A stretch of 64,000 nucleotides of DNA from Candidatus Poribacteria bacterium (GTDB lineage: Bacteria > Poribacteria > WGA-4E > WGA-3G). Numbering within the stretch: position 1 is the stretch's first letter; each line of letters starts with the position of its first letter. The notes under the pieces were generated by a model. The model was not told the origin of the DNA, made no database searches, and saw only the letters and a program-made list of their open reading frames with translations. The position numbers were made by a program, and so were the translations under genes. Below, piece after piece: positions 1-9,519 of this stretch. The stretch covers positions 4,998,881 to 5,062,880 of the forward strand of contig OZ240248.1 of assembly GCA_965198235.1 (NCBI GenBank), in the 5' to 3' direction.

Positions 1-702
1 CTCAAGCATGGCGGGATTGCTAATGAAGCCTCTGTTGAAATTGAGTGGATAGAAGCTGAAGCGCTGACAGAACATCCAAACCTTGATAGTGTTTTTCAGA
101 ACGCCGACGGGATACTGGTTCCAGGCGGGTTCGGCTATCGCGGGATTGAAGGGATGCTGGTTGCCGCACGATACGCCCGTGAAAATAAGATTCCGTATTT
201 GGGATTATGCCTTGGAATGCAGTGTCTGGTGATTGAGTTTGCTCGACACGTTGCGAAACTAAAAAAAGCAAACAGCACGGAAGTAGATAAAAAAACGCCT
301 TACCCTGTTATAGATTTGATGCTTAAACAGCACGCGATAGCTGACCTTGGAGCGACGATGCGCCTCGGAATTTATCCGTGTGTTCTCAAAGAAAACACCA
401 AAAGTTATGCCGCCTATCAACAACCAATTATTGTAGAGCGGCACCGTCATCGCTATGAATTGAATAACCAACACCGCTCACAATTAGAATCAGCGGGTCT
501 CTGTTTTAGTGGTCTGTCACCGGATGAGAGTCTTGTCGAAATTGCTGAGGTGACCGAACATCCCTGGATGGTAGGTTCACAATTTCATCCCGAATTTCAA
601 TCGAAACCACTTGCCCCGCATCCGCTTTTCCGAGATTTTATCGCGGCGGTGCTCTCCTGTCAATACAAAGTTAATCACCCAGAAGAGGAAGAGGAAGAAT
701 GA
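1..702 (+). CDS. pyrG: CTP synthase, C-terminal glutamine amidotransferase domain (5'-partial; frame open from base 1)
   Basis: Frame-1 translation from nt 1 reads LKHGGIANEASVEIEWI..GILVPGGFGYRGIEG..YLGLCLGMQ..HRHRYE..GSQFHPEF, the class-I GATase context typical of PyrG. Stop TGA 700-702 overlaps the next ATG (ATGA). Confidence 0.9.
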   Translation, partial: LKHGGIANEASVEIEWIEAEALTEHPNLDSVFQNADGILVPGGFGYRGIEGMLVAARYARENKIPYLGLCLGMQCLVIEFARHVAKLKKANSTEVDKKTPYPVIDLMLKQHAIADLGATMRLGIYPCVLKENTKSYAAYQQPIIVERHRHRYELNNQHRSQLESAGLCFSGLSPDESLVEIAEVTEHPWMVGSQFHPEFQSKPLAPHPLFRDFIAAVLSCQYKVNHPEEEEEE

Positions 703-1958
703 ACAACACTGCTACGGTGCACTCCCGTGCTTGGTACGGAGACGAGGAACTGACGCTGAATTTTCCGCCCGGTTGGAAAGTAGAGGTATTGGGTCCGAAA
801 GATGCTCCTGCGCTTTCTGATGCCCAAATTGAACGAGCATTTGCTGAACCCATCGGCACACCCCGAATTTCGGAACTGGCGAAAGGCAAGAACAGTGCCG
901 CTATTGTCGTGGATGACTTGAGCCGTCCGACGCCTGCTGCGACAGTTATTCCATTTCTCCTGCGTGAGTTAGTTTCGGCAGGTGTCCCGAAATCCGAGAT
1001 CCGATTTGTCGTCGGTGGCGGGTCACATCGTCCTCTCACTGATGAAGAGGTTGCGAAGAAGATAGGACCAGATGTTGCTGCTGAGTATGAAGCGACAAAC
1101 CACAATTTTATGGGTGGCGATTTACGTGCCTTAGGGAACCTTGATAACGGTATGCCTATCTATCTCGACCGCGTCGTTGCAGATGCGGATTTCAAGGTTT
1201 GTTTGGGTGGTATCTATCCACACGGTTCTGTCGGCTTCGGCGGTGGTGCGAAATTGGTCGTGCCGGGTATTGCGGGTTTCGCGACGATGTTCTATTTTCA
1301 TACCTTTTCACCGGGACGTGGGCACGCTGTAATTGAAAGACGGGGCAGTGAACCCGATCATCGCGATTTCTCCGAGGCGGTCGCTGCTGTTCTCGGTCTC
1401 GATGTTATCGCCAACGTTGCGCTCAATAGCCGTCGTGAAATTTGCGGGTTGTTTGTCGGTGATTTTGTGCAGGCGCACCGTAAGGGGGCACACTTCGCTT
1501 TGGACACTTACGGCACAGAGATACCGGAGGCGAGCCGAAAAGAGACGGATCTCGTTGTGCTTAACTGCTATCCGCTTGATAGCGATCCGATTCAAACGGG
1601 CAAGGCTATGTGGGCACTATCGCACTTTGAGAAGGCGTACAGGATGGCACTCAACCCCGCAAGTGATGGTATCTGCTACCATGGGTTGTTCGATCAGGTT
1701 GATTACGTCCGCTTCGTTCAGGAGAAGGCGGAAAGGACAGAATCTGAACTTCCTGCACCACAACTCGGAACTCAAGATCAACTGCACGTTTGGTCGGAAC
1801 ACTTTTTGGTAGACGATTTTTACAAGAAGCATCCCGGTGCGCTCCTCTTCCGAGATCTGGAGAAGTTGATTGCTTTGTTTGCAGAAAACCTCCCGTCACA
1901 AGCGAAGGTCGCTGTCCTACCATCTGCGGGGATTCAGGTGTTGGCACCGGAGAAATAA
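699..1958 (+). CDS. LarA-like nickel-pincer-dependent 2-hydroxyacid racemase/epimerase family protein (DUF2088)
   Basis: 419 aa. IVVDDLSRPTP, GGGSHRPL and IYPHGSVGFGGGAKLVVPGIAG resemble the LarA N-terminal domain and the His/Lys region that tethers the cofactor. Translationally coupled to pyrG. Confidence 0.7.
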   Translation: MNNTATVHSRAWYGDEELTLNFPPGWKVEVLGPKDAPALSDAQIERAFAEPIGTPRISELAKGKNSAAIVVDDLSRPTPAATVIPFLLRELVSAGVPKSEIRFVVGGGSHRPLTDEEVAKKIGPDVAAEYEATNHNFMGGDLRALGNLDNGMPIYLDRVVADADFKVCLGGIYPHGSVGFGGGAKLVVPGIAGFATMFYFHTFSPGRGHAVIERRGSEPDHRDFSEAVAAVLGLDVIANVALNSRREICGLFVGDFVQAHRKGAHFALDTYGTEIPEASRKETDLVVLNCYPLDSDPIQTGKAMWALSHFEKAYRMALNPASDGICYHGLFDQVDYVRFVQEKAERTESELPAPQLGTQDQLHVWSEHFLVDDFYKKHPGALLFRDLEKLIALFAENLPSQAKVAVLPSAGIQVLAPEK

Positions 1959-1964
1959 AGGCAG

Positions 1965-2501
1965 ATGCTTAAAGAAAGCACGACTATAAAATCCTTCCTC
2001 CAGAACATTAACGCCTTCCTGGGTAAGATTGAAACCGGTTTGCTGTGCCTTATTATCGCAATGATGTTAGGGCTCGCGATCCTCAAAGTCGTCATGCGCT
2101 ACGTATTCAGTGCAAGTCTATTGTGGAGCGACGTAATGCTTCAGCACCTAACCCTTTGGCTCTGCCTCTTGGGTGCTGCACTGGCTACTTGCGAAAAAAG
2201 GCACATCAGCATTGATGTGCTCAGCCGAGTCCTACCCGAAAATATCACGCGCTGGAGCAATCTTGTTGTTAATTGCCTCGCTTTAATTGTCGTTGGGATT
2301 TTAGCCTATTACGGCTTTATCTTTCTACAGGATGAACAATTGAGCGAGGCTGTATTAATTGGAAGTGTTCCTCTATGGTGGGCGAAGTCTATTATCCCAT
2401 ACGGTTTTGTCCTCATCGGCATCCATATGCTCCTTCAGATTGGCATCCATTTAACAGGGGGTAAACATGCTCCACGTACTGTCGAAGGAGAATCGGACTG
2501 A
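1965..2501 (+). CDS. TRAP transporter small permease (DctQ-like)
   Basis: 178 aa with four hydrophobic helices, placed immediately upstream of and overlapping (TGATG) the DctM-like gene. Confidence 0.75.
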   Translation: MLKESTTIKSFLQNINAFLGKIETGLLCLIIAMMLGLAILKVVMRYVFSASLLWSDVMLQHLTLWLCLLGAALATCEKRHISIDVLSRVLPENITRWSNLVVNCLALIVVGILAYYGFIFLQDEQLSEAVLIGSVPLWWAKSIIPYGFVLIGIHMLLQIGIHLTGGKHAPRTVEGESD

Positions 2502-3787
2502 TGGGCTTAATAATTGGCATTGGATTGGTGGGATTCGCGCTTTTCGGCGGTGCACTTTTCGCCTTACTGGGTGGGGCTTCGATTATCGGATACGCTACAG
2601 CGGGCGAACCGATTTCAACAATTCTGATCGATTTCAATCGGCTCACACGGAACTCGACTATTTTGATTATCCCGCTCTTCACTTTTGCGGGGTATATAGT
2701 CGCTGAAGGGAAGGCACCCCAACGGTTGGTTGCGTTTGCGCGCGCGAGTGTTGGTTGGCTACCGGGTGGTATTGCTGTCGTCGTGCTCTTTACGTGTGCG
2801 TTCTTTACAACTTTCACAGGTGCATCCGGCATAACGATTATCGCCCTCGGTGGATTGCTCTATCCAATTCTGCGGCAGACGTATAATGAAAGATTTTCAC
2901 TCGGCTTGGTGACGGCTTCTGGGAGTATAGGGTTGTTGTTTCCTCCGAGTGTCCCACTTATCCTTTACGCGATTATCGCCCAAGTCCGTATCGACAGGAT
3001 GTTCCTTGCAGGTATTTTCCCCGGGATTCTTATTCTCGTTATACTGAGCTTTTATAGTTGCGGGTGGAGTCTCTTCAAACGGACTGAGACAACTCCGTTT
3101 GATTGGAGAGTTTTCCTGCGAACGCTCTGGGAAGCGAAGTGGGAACTGCTGCTGCCGTTTATTGTGTTGGGTGGTATCGTATCCGGTAAAGTTACACTGG
3201 ACGAAGCGGCTGCGCTAACAGCTATCTATGCCTGTGTCGTGGAGGTTGGCATCCACCGTTCCATTTCGTTGAGAGTGTTGCCGCGTATCGTCAAAGAGAG
3301 TACGTTGCTTGTAGGCGCAATCCTCATCATTCTCGGTATCGCTTTAGGGTTGACAAACTACCTAATCACGCTTGACGTGCCTACGGCTGTCCTTGACTGG
3401 ATTCAGTCAACAACGGAAAGCCGCGTCATCACACTTATTGGGCTCAATATTTTCCTACTGATTGTTGGGTGTCTGATGGACATCTTTTCGGCGGTGATTA
3501 TTGTTGTGCCGTTGCTGCTTCCTATCGCTGAACAATTTGGTATTGACAAGGCGCATCTCGGTATTATTGTTTTAACGAACCTTGAAATCGGTTATTTGAC
3601 ACCGCCAGTCGGAATGAACCTGTTTATTTCAAGCATGAAGTTTGATCGGTCTGTCCTGTTGCTTTACCGCTCTGTGCTATTGTTCATTGCATTGCTGCTC
3701 GTAGCGCTCATATTGGTGACGTATGTCCCAGAGTTGAGTCTGTGGCTACCGGAAGCTCTTGGGAAAACATCTCAACCGCTTTTGTAA
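2501..3787 (+). CDS. TRAP transporter large permease (DctM-like)
   Basis: 428 aa polytopic membrane protein with the typical DctM length and motifs (LFTFAG.., GIIVLTNLEIGYLTPPVGMNLF). Confidence 0.85.
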   Translation: MGLIIGIGLVGFALFGGALFALLGGASIIGYATAGEPISTILIDFNRLTRNSTILIIPLFTFAGYIVAEGKAPQRLVAFARASVGWLPGGIAVVVLFTCAFFTTFTGASGITIIALGGLLYPILRQTYNERFSLGLVTASGSIGLLFPPSVPLILYAIIAQVRIDRMFLAGIFPGILILVILSFYSCGWSLFKRTETTPFDWRVFLRTLWEAKWELLLPFIVLGGIVSGKVTLDEAAALTAIYACVVEVGIHRSISLRVLPRIVKESTLLVGAILIILGIALGLTNYLITLDVPTAVLDWIQSTTESRVITLIGLNIFLLIVGCLMDIFSAVIIVVPLLLPIAEQFGIDKAHLGIIVLTNLEIGYLTPPVGMNLFISSMKFDRSVLLLYRSVLLFIALLLVALILVTYVPELSLWLPEALGKTSQPLL

Positions 3788-3803
3788 ATTCAGCAAAATA
3801 AAT

Positions 3804-3837
3804 AAGTCTGGTGATAGAATCACCAGACTTATTTTTA
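3804..3837. terminator. Intrinsic terminator between convergent genes
   Basis: Perfect 12-bp stem AAGTCTGGTGAT/ATCACCAGACTT (3804-3815 / 3819-3830) with loop AGA. It is followed by ATTTTT and preceded by an A-rich run, which fits bidirectional use. Confidence 0.65.
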
Positions 3838-3904
3838 ATATTTGTGCTGTAATAATACAGTTTGAATACCGGTATTCAGTAACAGGGCTGATTCAGCTGC
3901 AGAG

Positions 3905-4699
3905 TTATTTTCTTTCTTTCAGTTCACCCCATGTAACAGCCAGTTTTCCCGCCGCTTCGACATCCAAACTAATATCCATCATCTCGTTAATCTCATTTTC
4001 GTCAAGGGCACGTTGCCAAAATGAAATCTCGTCAATAATCCCCTCAGCACCGTTTGTCATCGCGACATATTTGATCGTTTCCCAACCGAATCTCGGTTTT
4101 TCATGCAGGGCAGGGAAGCCACCGGTAATTTTACGACTGTTCGCTGCTTCTTTACCGTCGATGTAGAGGAAGGGAACTTCACCGGCGAAATCCCATGTCA
4201 CAGCACAGTGAAACCACACATCTTTTTTGATGATGCCTGTCGGGTCGAATTCAATATCTTGCCAATCTGCGTCATCGGCGGCTTCAAAATAGAATCCGAA
4301 GTCTTCGGGGTTGATGTCAGCGTGATTCGCTCCCTTGGAGACGAAGAAGTAGATAGGTCCGAAACTGGCATCAAAGATGCGATAATCGTCGCCATCCTTG
4401 CCATCCCAATCCGGTTTGAACCAGAAGAGCAGACTGCCTGCCTCGGTGATAACGTTGGGGACTTCCATGAAAGCCTCTGCGCCTCTCAGGGAAATTCCGG
4501 CGGCATATTTGCCTTCGCCAGCCACCCATTTTGCCGCGCCGCTAAACGCTCCATCGTTTCCGTTACCTGTACCATCAATTGCTTTGTTTCCACTACCTTC
4601 GCCGATCCACAAGAGCAGATCCTTATCGCCGGGGATTCCTGCGAATGAAGAAGAGATGGCAAATACACTGATAAACAGAATCAAGTAAATCTGTCTCAT
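3905..4699 (-). CDS. Exported LamG-like (concanavalin A-like lectin) domain protein with C-terminal TTW-type tail
   Basis: Signal peptide MRQIYLILFISVFAISSSFA. LamG_3-like end IDEISFWQRALDENEINEMM. Tail ..AAGKLAVTWGELKERK. Confidence 0.7.
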   Translation of the reverse strand: MRQIYLILFISVFAISSSFAGIPGDKDLLLWIGEGSGNKAIDGTGNGNDGAFSGAAKWVAGEGKYAAGISLRGAEAFMEVPNVITEAGSLLFWFKPDWDGKDGDDYRIFDASFGPIYFFVSKGANHADINPEDFGFYFEAADDADWQDIEFDPTGIIKKDVWFHCAVTWDFAGEVPFLYIDGKEAANSRKITGGFPALHEKPRFGWETIKYVAMTNGAEGIIDEISFWQRALDENEINEMMDISLDVEAAGKLAVTWGELKERK

Positions 4700-4738
4700 G
4701 ACCTCTTATTAACCTCCCAATGTTCAAATTTTGAGAGG

Positions 4739-4767
4739 ATTGTAGCAGAAATCATAAATTAAGTCAA
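4739..4767 (-). promoter_or_regulatory. Sigma-70-like promoter for the LamG gene
   Basis: The minus strand reads TTGACT-17 nt-TACAAT (-35 at 4767-4762, -10 at 4744-4739), about 40 nt upstream of ATG 4699. Confidence 0.4.
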
Positions 4768-5021
4768 TTGCTTTTCTTTCGCTCTGTGGTTTCTTGTTCA
4801 GGAGATGTCTCTGGCGCAGCTTTCTGCGTCGCTCTCACAGCTCCTGCCCCGTGTAAGAGTCGTTTTGGAACTGGTTGTGGTTGCGATGATACTGGACTTA
4901 ATTTTGGACGGGGTCGAAACTGTGGAAGCGGTCCCGGTGGCTCGTAAGTCGTATGTATTGGGCGTTGGCCTATTGAATGCCCAATGACGTGTTCTCTGTT
5001 TTCAACGGGTTGCTCTTTCAT
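4764..5021 (-). CDS. Small Pro-rich hypothetical protein
   Basis: 85-aa ORF whose ATG overlaps the stop of the upstream gene (ATGA at 5018-5021). Low-complexity, Pro/Gln-rich, with no recognisable domain. Confidence 0.3.
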   Translation of the reverse strand: MKEQPVENREHVIGHSIGQRPIHTTYEPPGPLPQFRPRPKLSPVSSQPQPVPKRLLHGAGAVRATQKAAPETSPEQETTERKKSN

Positions 5022-5548
5022 ACAATCATATCTCCCATCTGTTGGTTCAACTTTTCTTGAACCTTCTGGCGGTGTCTACGCGTCAAAAGAAAATCGTCCT
5101 TTAGCATTTGCGAACCCACCAATAACCACTCTCGGTACTGTTCAAATGTGGTTTTGAATTGCTCTAATGGGAAGTCGGGATTGGCTTCCATTTCGTAGAT
5201 AAACCGCTCCAGATTGAGGCGTAAGCTCTTAAAATACTGCGCATTGTGACTCAAATCTGCGACACGGTCCGAAACCTTAAGAATAACATGCAGAAGTGCA
5301 AAAAAGGCAGCACATCCTGCGATGAGTAGCCACGTTACTTTTCCTGCTGGTGTGCCCCATGCCATCCATCCGACCATGACTGAGGCGATAGTGGCGACAG
5401 TCACGGTGCTTTTGATGACTCCGTCTACGGGTCTCCACATTTGAAGTGCTGAAGTCATGAGGCTTTCGGTGTAAGCAACGCGGTAGAAGGTTTCAAGTGA
5501 TGTCTGCCAGAGAAGGTCTTTCTGATAGTCTGCAGCTGTCCTGTCCAT
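5018..5548 (-). CDS. Two-TM membrane protein, possibly SLATT-like
   Basis: Start moved to the ATG at 5548, which is preceded by AAGGAG. It has an N-terminal helix, two adjacent TM helices (VTVATIASVMVGWMAWG / VTWLLIAGCAAFFALLHVIL) and a helical C-terminal part. The domain assignment rests on architecture only. Confidence 0.5.
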   Translation of the reverse strand: MDRTAADYQKDLLWQTSLETFYRVAYTESLMTSALQMWRPVDGVIKSTVTVATIASVMVGWMAWGTPAGKVTWLLIAGCAAFFALLHVILKVSDRVADLSHNAQYFKSLRLNLERFIYEMEANPDFPLEQFKTTFEQYREWLLVGSQMLKDDFLLTRRHRQKVQEKLNQQMGDMIV

Positions 5549-5798
5549 TATATGGATCTCCTTTGGGGAATGCATTCCGTTACAGTAGTAGGTACCTTGT
5601 GTGCAATCACATAGGTTTAATATGTTATTAGGTAACGAAAGAATTAGGAATTCGGTAACAGACTTTTTAATTTTCCTTGCGGTTAAATGAAGTGGGTCAG
5701 TACATTAACACCCTTCGCTTTAGAGTCGCCCTCCATTTCATTACGGGCTTGCGATCTTGGGCCAAGAAGACAGAGGAATAGTTTCGATCAATTCACGG

Positions 5799-6941
5799 TT
5801 ACACACGGTAATGCTTTAGCAGTTCCCAGTTCGGAACAAAGCCGATACCGGGGCGAGTTGGAACTGTGACATGTCCGTCGGATTCTAAAACCATCGTTGG
5901 GAGAAACATTTCGCCTCGTAATGGGTCAACGGCGGGCGGGTAATACTCTAACATCAAACCGTTATCTCGACTTGCAGCGATATGGATTTGCAATTCTTGT
6001 GCCCCGTGCGGGGCAATTGACTTTTCGGCTGTCAATGCTTCTTCTACGACCTGCAATGCCGGCTCATAGCCAGGGAGGATGGCGACATCCAGATTGAAAA
6101 CGTCCGCGCCTTCATAATCAATGAGGATTTGGAAATAGTGTAACCCGTATCCGTTTTCTCCGGTGGCAATTTGTATCCCATAATCTTGTGCTATTTCGCG
6201 CAGTGCCTTGTGTCCTCTGTAATCGTGGCTGTGGATTGGTTCTTCAAACCAGAAAATGTCGTTCGCCTGAAGCGCAGGAAGGCATTCGCACGCCTTTTCA
6301 ACCGACCATGCACAATTCGCGTCCACCATTAGGGTTGTATCGGGACCGACGGTTTCGCGGACCGCCTCAATCCGTTTGATGTCCATTTCAAGTCCTGCCT
6401 CTGGATCCCCAATCTTCATCTTGACTGCGGTAGCATTGAATTCGTTTATGTTGCGCGCCATTTCCTCGCGAAGTTCATCAAACCCCTTACCTCTACCGTA
6501 ATAGCCACCGGCAATGTATGTGCGGATACGTTCTTGCGTGCCGCCAAGTAGCGCGTGAACGGATTTTTCTTCTATTTTCCCGCGGATATCCCAACACGCT
6601 TGATTTATCGCTGCCAAAACCTGCGTATGATAGCCGCCGGGTCCGTAGATTTTGTAGTTCTCGGCTAACCGCGAGACGTAAGCCGTATCCGTTACATCGC
6701 GCCCAATCAAGGTGGGACGGAACAAATCTACAAACATTGGGAACAGATGGAGGGGACGGGTCGCAGCGGTTCCACCATTGAAGCCGTATCCGACTAAGGT
6801 GTCAATTCCATTTTGGGCGGTAACTTTTATCAGATGGAGCCTACCTTTATCGTAGACATGCATCCCGTTCCAAATCGGTGGCTTGTCCCATTCGTAAAGT
6901 TCGCTTTCAATGGCAACGATTTTGAAAGAGTGTGGAGGCAT
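5799..6941 (-). CDS. Enolase-superfamily enzyme (mandelate racemase/muconate lactonizing enzyme family, sugar-acid dehydratase-like)
   Basis: KMKIG (KxK), MVDAN, FEEP and TGEN metal-ligand motifs sit at the canonical spacing. 380 aa. Confidence 0.85.
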   Translation of the reverse strand: MPPHSFKIVAIESELYEWDKPPIWNGMHVYDKGRLHLIKVTAQNGIDTLVGYGFNGGTAATRPLHLFPMFVDLFRPTLIGRDVTDTAYVSRLAENYKIYGPGGYHTQVLAAINQACWDIRGKIEEKSVHALLGGTQERIRTYIAGGYYGRGKGFDELREEMARNINEFNATAVKMKIGDPEAGLEMDIKRIEAVRETVGPDTTLMVDANCAWSVEKACECLPALQANDIFWFEEPIHSHDYRGHKALREIAQDYGIQIATGENGYGLHYFQILIDYEGADVFNLDVAILPGYEPALQVVEEALTAEKSIAPHGAQELQIHIAASRDNGLMLEYYPPAVDPLRGEMFLPTMVLESDGHVTVPTRPGIGFVPNWELLKHYRV

Positions 6942-6947
6942 TATCTT

Positions 6948-8168
6948 TTACTGTCCCTCCGTTATTAGTGGCGGTTTTGCGGCGAAAATTGTCAAACGCA
7001 ATTCCTCGTCAAATAGTTCGTATAGAGGTGTTTTTCCGCTCAGGGTTTCGCTTTCGTTCAAGATGATGCCGACACCTTCCCCTCGGCGTTCTAAAAAATG
7101 TCGTCGAGTTACCTGTCTCCGCATGTTGTCGTCGAGTGTAATTTCCGAAAGCAGGCGTGCAAGGAGTTCGTTGCGTGTAGCTTGACTGTAGCGTAGGTTG
7201 TCTACCGTCACTGTATTTGCCAATGCTCCCGGTGAATAAAGTTCCAGTCGGTCATCAAACATAAACAGCCGTATTTTTGATCCCGTTTTTGAATAATCTC
7301 TATGCACAACGGCGTTGACGATCGCCTCAAACACGGCGCGCATGCTGTATTCGGGGTAATCTATTCTGCCGATGTCCTTTCGCGCGGCGACTGCATTGTA
7401 TCTTTCAACAAATCTCATGGTATTTATGATTTGTTGGTCCAATGGTCCCTTAAAGTCCTTAGCATCAAGTTGGTAATTCGCGTCCCTTTCCTTACTGAGA
7501 TAAAAAACGGCTTGGATGAAACTGTTGTAAAGGTAGTCATCAGGGGTATCATGACACATCAAGACACCGGCTACAGAGGCACGGATTTCCTGACCTTCCT
7601 TGACGAGCAGATGTCTTTTCAGCAGTAAGTCATCTATCTCATCTTCTGTGGCACCTTCTGTGATAAATCGTTGATAGAGGTCTTTCCTTAATGTGCCTTT
7701 ATGCGTGTTCGGCACGAACTGTTCATCGAAAGTGATAATACGCGCCTGCGATCGAGTTTGGAACAGCCGTGCTAACTGCTCGGTGGGCATTTCCCTTTTG
7801 CTACTTCCTTGGCGAACAAAGTAACCGTTAGAGGTTTTGTGGACAAACAGACTCCTCGGCACCTCTATTTTTAACAGATTTTTGTCATTAATCCGCAGTT
7901 TTTCTGTAAAGATGAGAACTATCGGATCAATGCTGTCTTGGCATATTTCGACGACTGCTTTCTCCACATCACCCAGTTCTTGCCGGTCAATCCCGATGAT
8001 TTCACCATCGTTATCAACTCCAATGAGGATCACCCCCCCTTTGGCGTTGGCAAAAGCGGCGATCTCGTCGGCCAGGCTATTTCTGTGCGGCAGCTCTCTT
8101 TTGAATTCAATCGTTGCATCTTCGCCGAGATATATTTTTTCTATGAGTTCAGTCAAACTGTCAAACAT
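6948..8168 (-). CDS. AlbA_2 (Schlafen-like) DNA-binding domain plus HATPase_c_4 (RecG-C-terminal-like) ATP-binding protein
   Basis: N-terminus GEDATIEFKRELP..IAAFANAKGGVILIGVDNDGEIIGI. C-terminus NAVVHRDYS..GSKIRLFMFDDRLELYSPGAL. Confidence 0.75.
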   Translation of the reverse strand: MFDSLTELIEKIYLGEDATIEFKRELPHRNSLADEIAAFANAKGGVILIGVDNDGEIIGIDRQELGDVEKAVVEICQDSIDPIVLIFTEKLRINDKNLLKIEVPRSLFVHKTSNGYFVRQGSSKREMPTEQLARLFQTRSQARIITFDEQFVPNTHKGTLRKDLYQRFITEGATEDEIDDLLLKRHLLVKEGQEIRASVAGVLMCHDTPDDYLYNSFIQAVFYLSKERDANYQLDAKDFKGPLDQQIINTMRFVERYNAVAARKDIGRIDYPEYSMRAVFEAIVNAVVHRDYSKTGSKIRLFMFDDRLELYSPGALANTVTVDNLRYSQATRNELLARLLSEITLDDNMRRQVTRRHFLERRGEGVGIILNESETLSGKTPLYELFDEELRLTIFAAKPPLITEGQ

Positions 8169-8230
8169 CGCTAATTATTCAGGAGTAGTGGACAATAGTG
8201 AACTATGCACCTTTAAATTGTGAGAAGAAT

Positions 8231-8292
8231 GGTTCGTAGTGAGGCGATTTATCGCCTCTATCAAGGCGCAATGAATTGCGCCACTACAAACA
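8231..8292 (+). repeat. Intergenic structured repeat, copy a (GGTTCGTAGT ... hairpin with ATGAAT centre ... ACTACAAACA)
   Basis: GGTTCGTAGTG-AGGCGATTTATCGCCT-..-GGCGCAATGAATTGCGCC-ACTACAAACA. Related to the copies at 18704-18782 and 38417-38490, with compensatory stem changes. Confidence 0.6.
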
Positions 8293-8578
8293 AATCCTAA
8301 TTTTAGACTGGACAGTCCAGTAGTGGTTCAATTCTGGAAGACAGAATAGACGCTGAATAGAACAGCATTCTTGGGCACGAGAAAGCCTTAGTCTTGCTGG
8401 TTTGCGTATGCAATTGCAATATTATAACACAAAAATCGGAAATGCGTGAATCCTAATTCGTTTTTCATTTTTTTTAAGCCTTTTTTTGTGAATTCAGTCT
8501 AAGGATTCATTATTTGTACCGAGCGCACGTTTTTTACGTTAAATTCCCGTAAATTGGAAGTGTTTAGAGGAGTTTGGA

Positions 8579-8800
8579 ATGTCGAAATTGACAAGGGAAA
8601 GTGTCGTAAAACTGGTAAATGTGAGAAAGACTGCCCTCTACAATGCGATGGGATGTCGGCACGGTAGTATTCACTATAGACGTTCAAAGTCGGAAAATAA
8701 TCGACATAGCAGCATTGCAACGCTCCTATGGTATGCTATCAGCGCGCTTCCCAGACGAAAATAATGGAAAGAAGCGAGGTTCGGAAACCCCGCTAACAAG
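8579..8800 (+). pseudogene. Frameshifted small HTH (excisionase/plasmid-type DNA-binding) gene remnant
   Basis: ORF 8579 gives MSKLTRESVVKLVNVRKTALYNAMG (HTH-like). The expected continuation ..GTVVFTIDVQSRKIIDIAALQRSYG is in another frame (ORF 8643-8900), which implies a 1-nt indel near 8645-8655. Confidence 0.35.
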
Positions 8801-8816
8801 TAGCGCAATGGGTTTG

Positions 8817-9497
8817 TCAATTCAGTGTTTCAATCCATTCACTGAGCACCCGTGCCATCTCTACGAAAACGTCTTCTTCCGTTTTGCGCGAGCGTTTTAG
8901 TACTTTGAACCCGTGATCCGCCGTATCCAGTAGATGTAAGGTCGCCTTGTCGCCAAGGTTTTCGCAGACTGGAGCTAACAGGTCGAGGACCGCCAATTTG
9001 TCGCGGGTACCGGACAGGAACAGCATCGGCACGGTAACATCGTCAAGATGCTCTGCGCGTTCCGTTCCCTCTCTTCCAGAAGGGTGTAGCGGGAAGGCGA
9101 AGAATACGAGACCTCGGACGTGTTCGATCGGGGCTTCTGCGGCTGTGAGCGAAGACATACGTCCACTATAGGAATGTCCCCCAACGAGAATTGATAAATT
9201 ATTGGCAGCCTCGTGTGCAGCTGCAACCGCAGATCGCACTGTTGCCAGAGCCACGGCTTGCGATTCCCTCCCACCGCCGCCACGTTCCATGTAAGGGAAC
9301 TGATAACGGAATGTGGCGATTCCTATATCTGCCAACCGTTCAGCGATTGTCTGGAGTGTTGAATGTCTCATAGTCGTACCTGCGCCGTGTCCGAGCACCA
9401 ACAGCCATTTCGCGTCGTCTGGAAGTATCAGTATTGAGGAGACCTCGCCTTTTTCTGGCGTTGCGATGAACTTCGATTCAATTGTTTCATAACTCAT
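8817..9497 (-). CDS. Alpha/beta hydrolase (COG3571/dienelactone-hydrolase-like)
   Basis: 226 aa. Nucleophile elbow GGHSYSG, LVLGHGAG near the N-terminus, and a C-terminal ADHGF His motif. Confidence 0.75.
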   Translation of the reverse strand: MSYETIESKFIATPEKGEVSSILILPDDAKWLLVLGHGAGTTMRHSTLQTIAERLADIGIATFRYQFPYMERGGGGRESQAVALATVRSAVAAAHEAANNLSILVGGHSYSGRMSSLTAAEAPIEHVRGLVFFAFPLHPSGREGTERAEHLDDVTVPMLFLSGTRDKLAVLDLLAPVCENLGDKATLHLLDTADHGFKVLKRSRKTEEDVFVEMARVLSEWIETLN

Positions 9498-9519
9498 TTT
9501 CTACACCTCTCAAATCAAA

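Noticed and set aside
3905-3955. TTW-type tail read as a T9SS C-terminal domain, a PEP-CTERM/LPXTG-type signal, or an encapsulin/BMC targeting peptide.
   Set aside because: The tail is only about 15-20 aa with no TM helix, so it is neither a T9SS CTD nor an exosortase/sortase signal. All carriers have Sec-type signal peptides, which argues against cytoplasmic compartment targeting.
8231-8292. CRISPR repeat or tRNA-like interpretation of the GGTTCGTAGT...ACTACAAACA element.
   Set aside because: Copies are single, tens of kb apart, with no regular repeat-spacer array. There is no cloverleaf with a T-loop (GTTCGAATC-type) or an anticodon arm.
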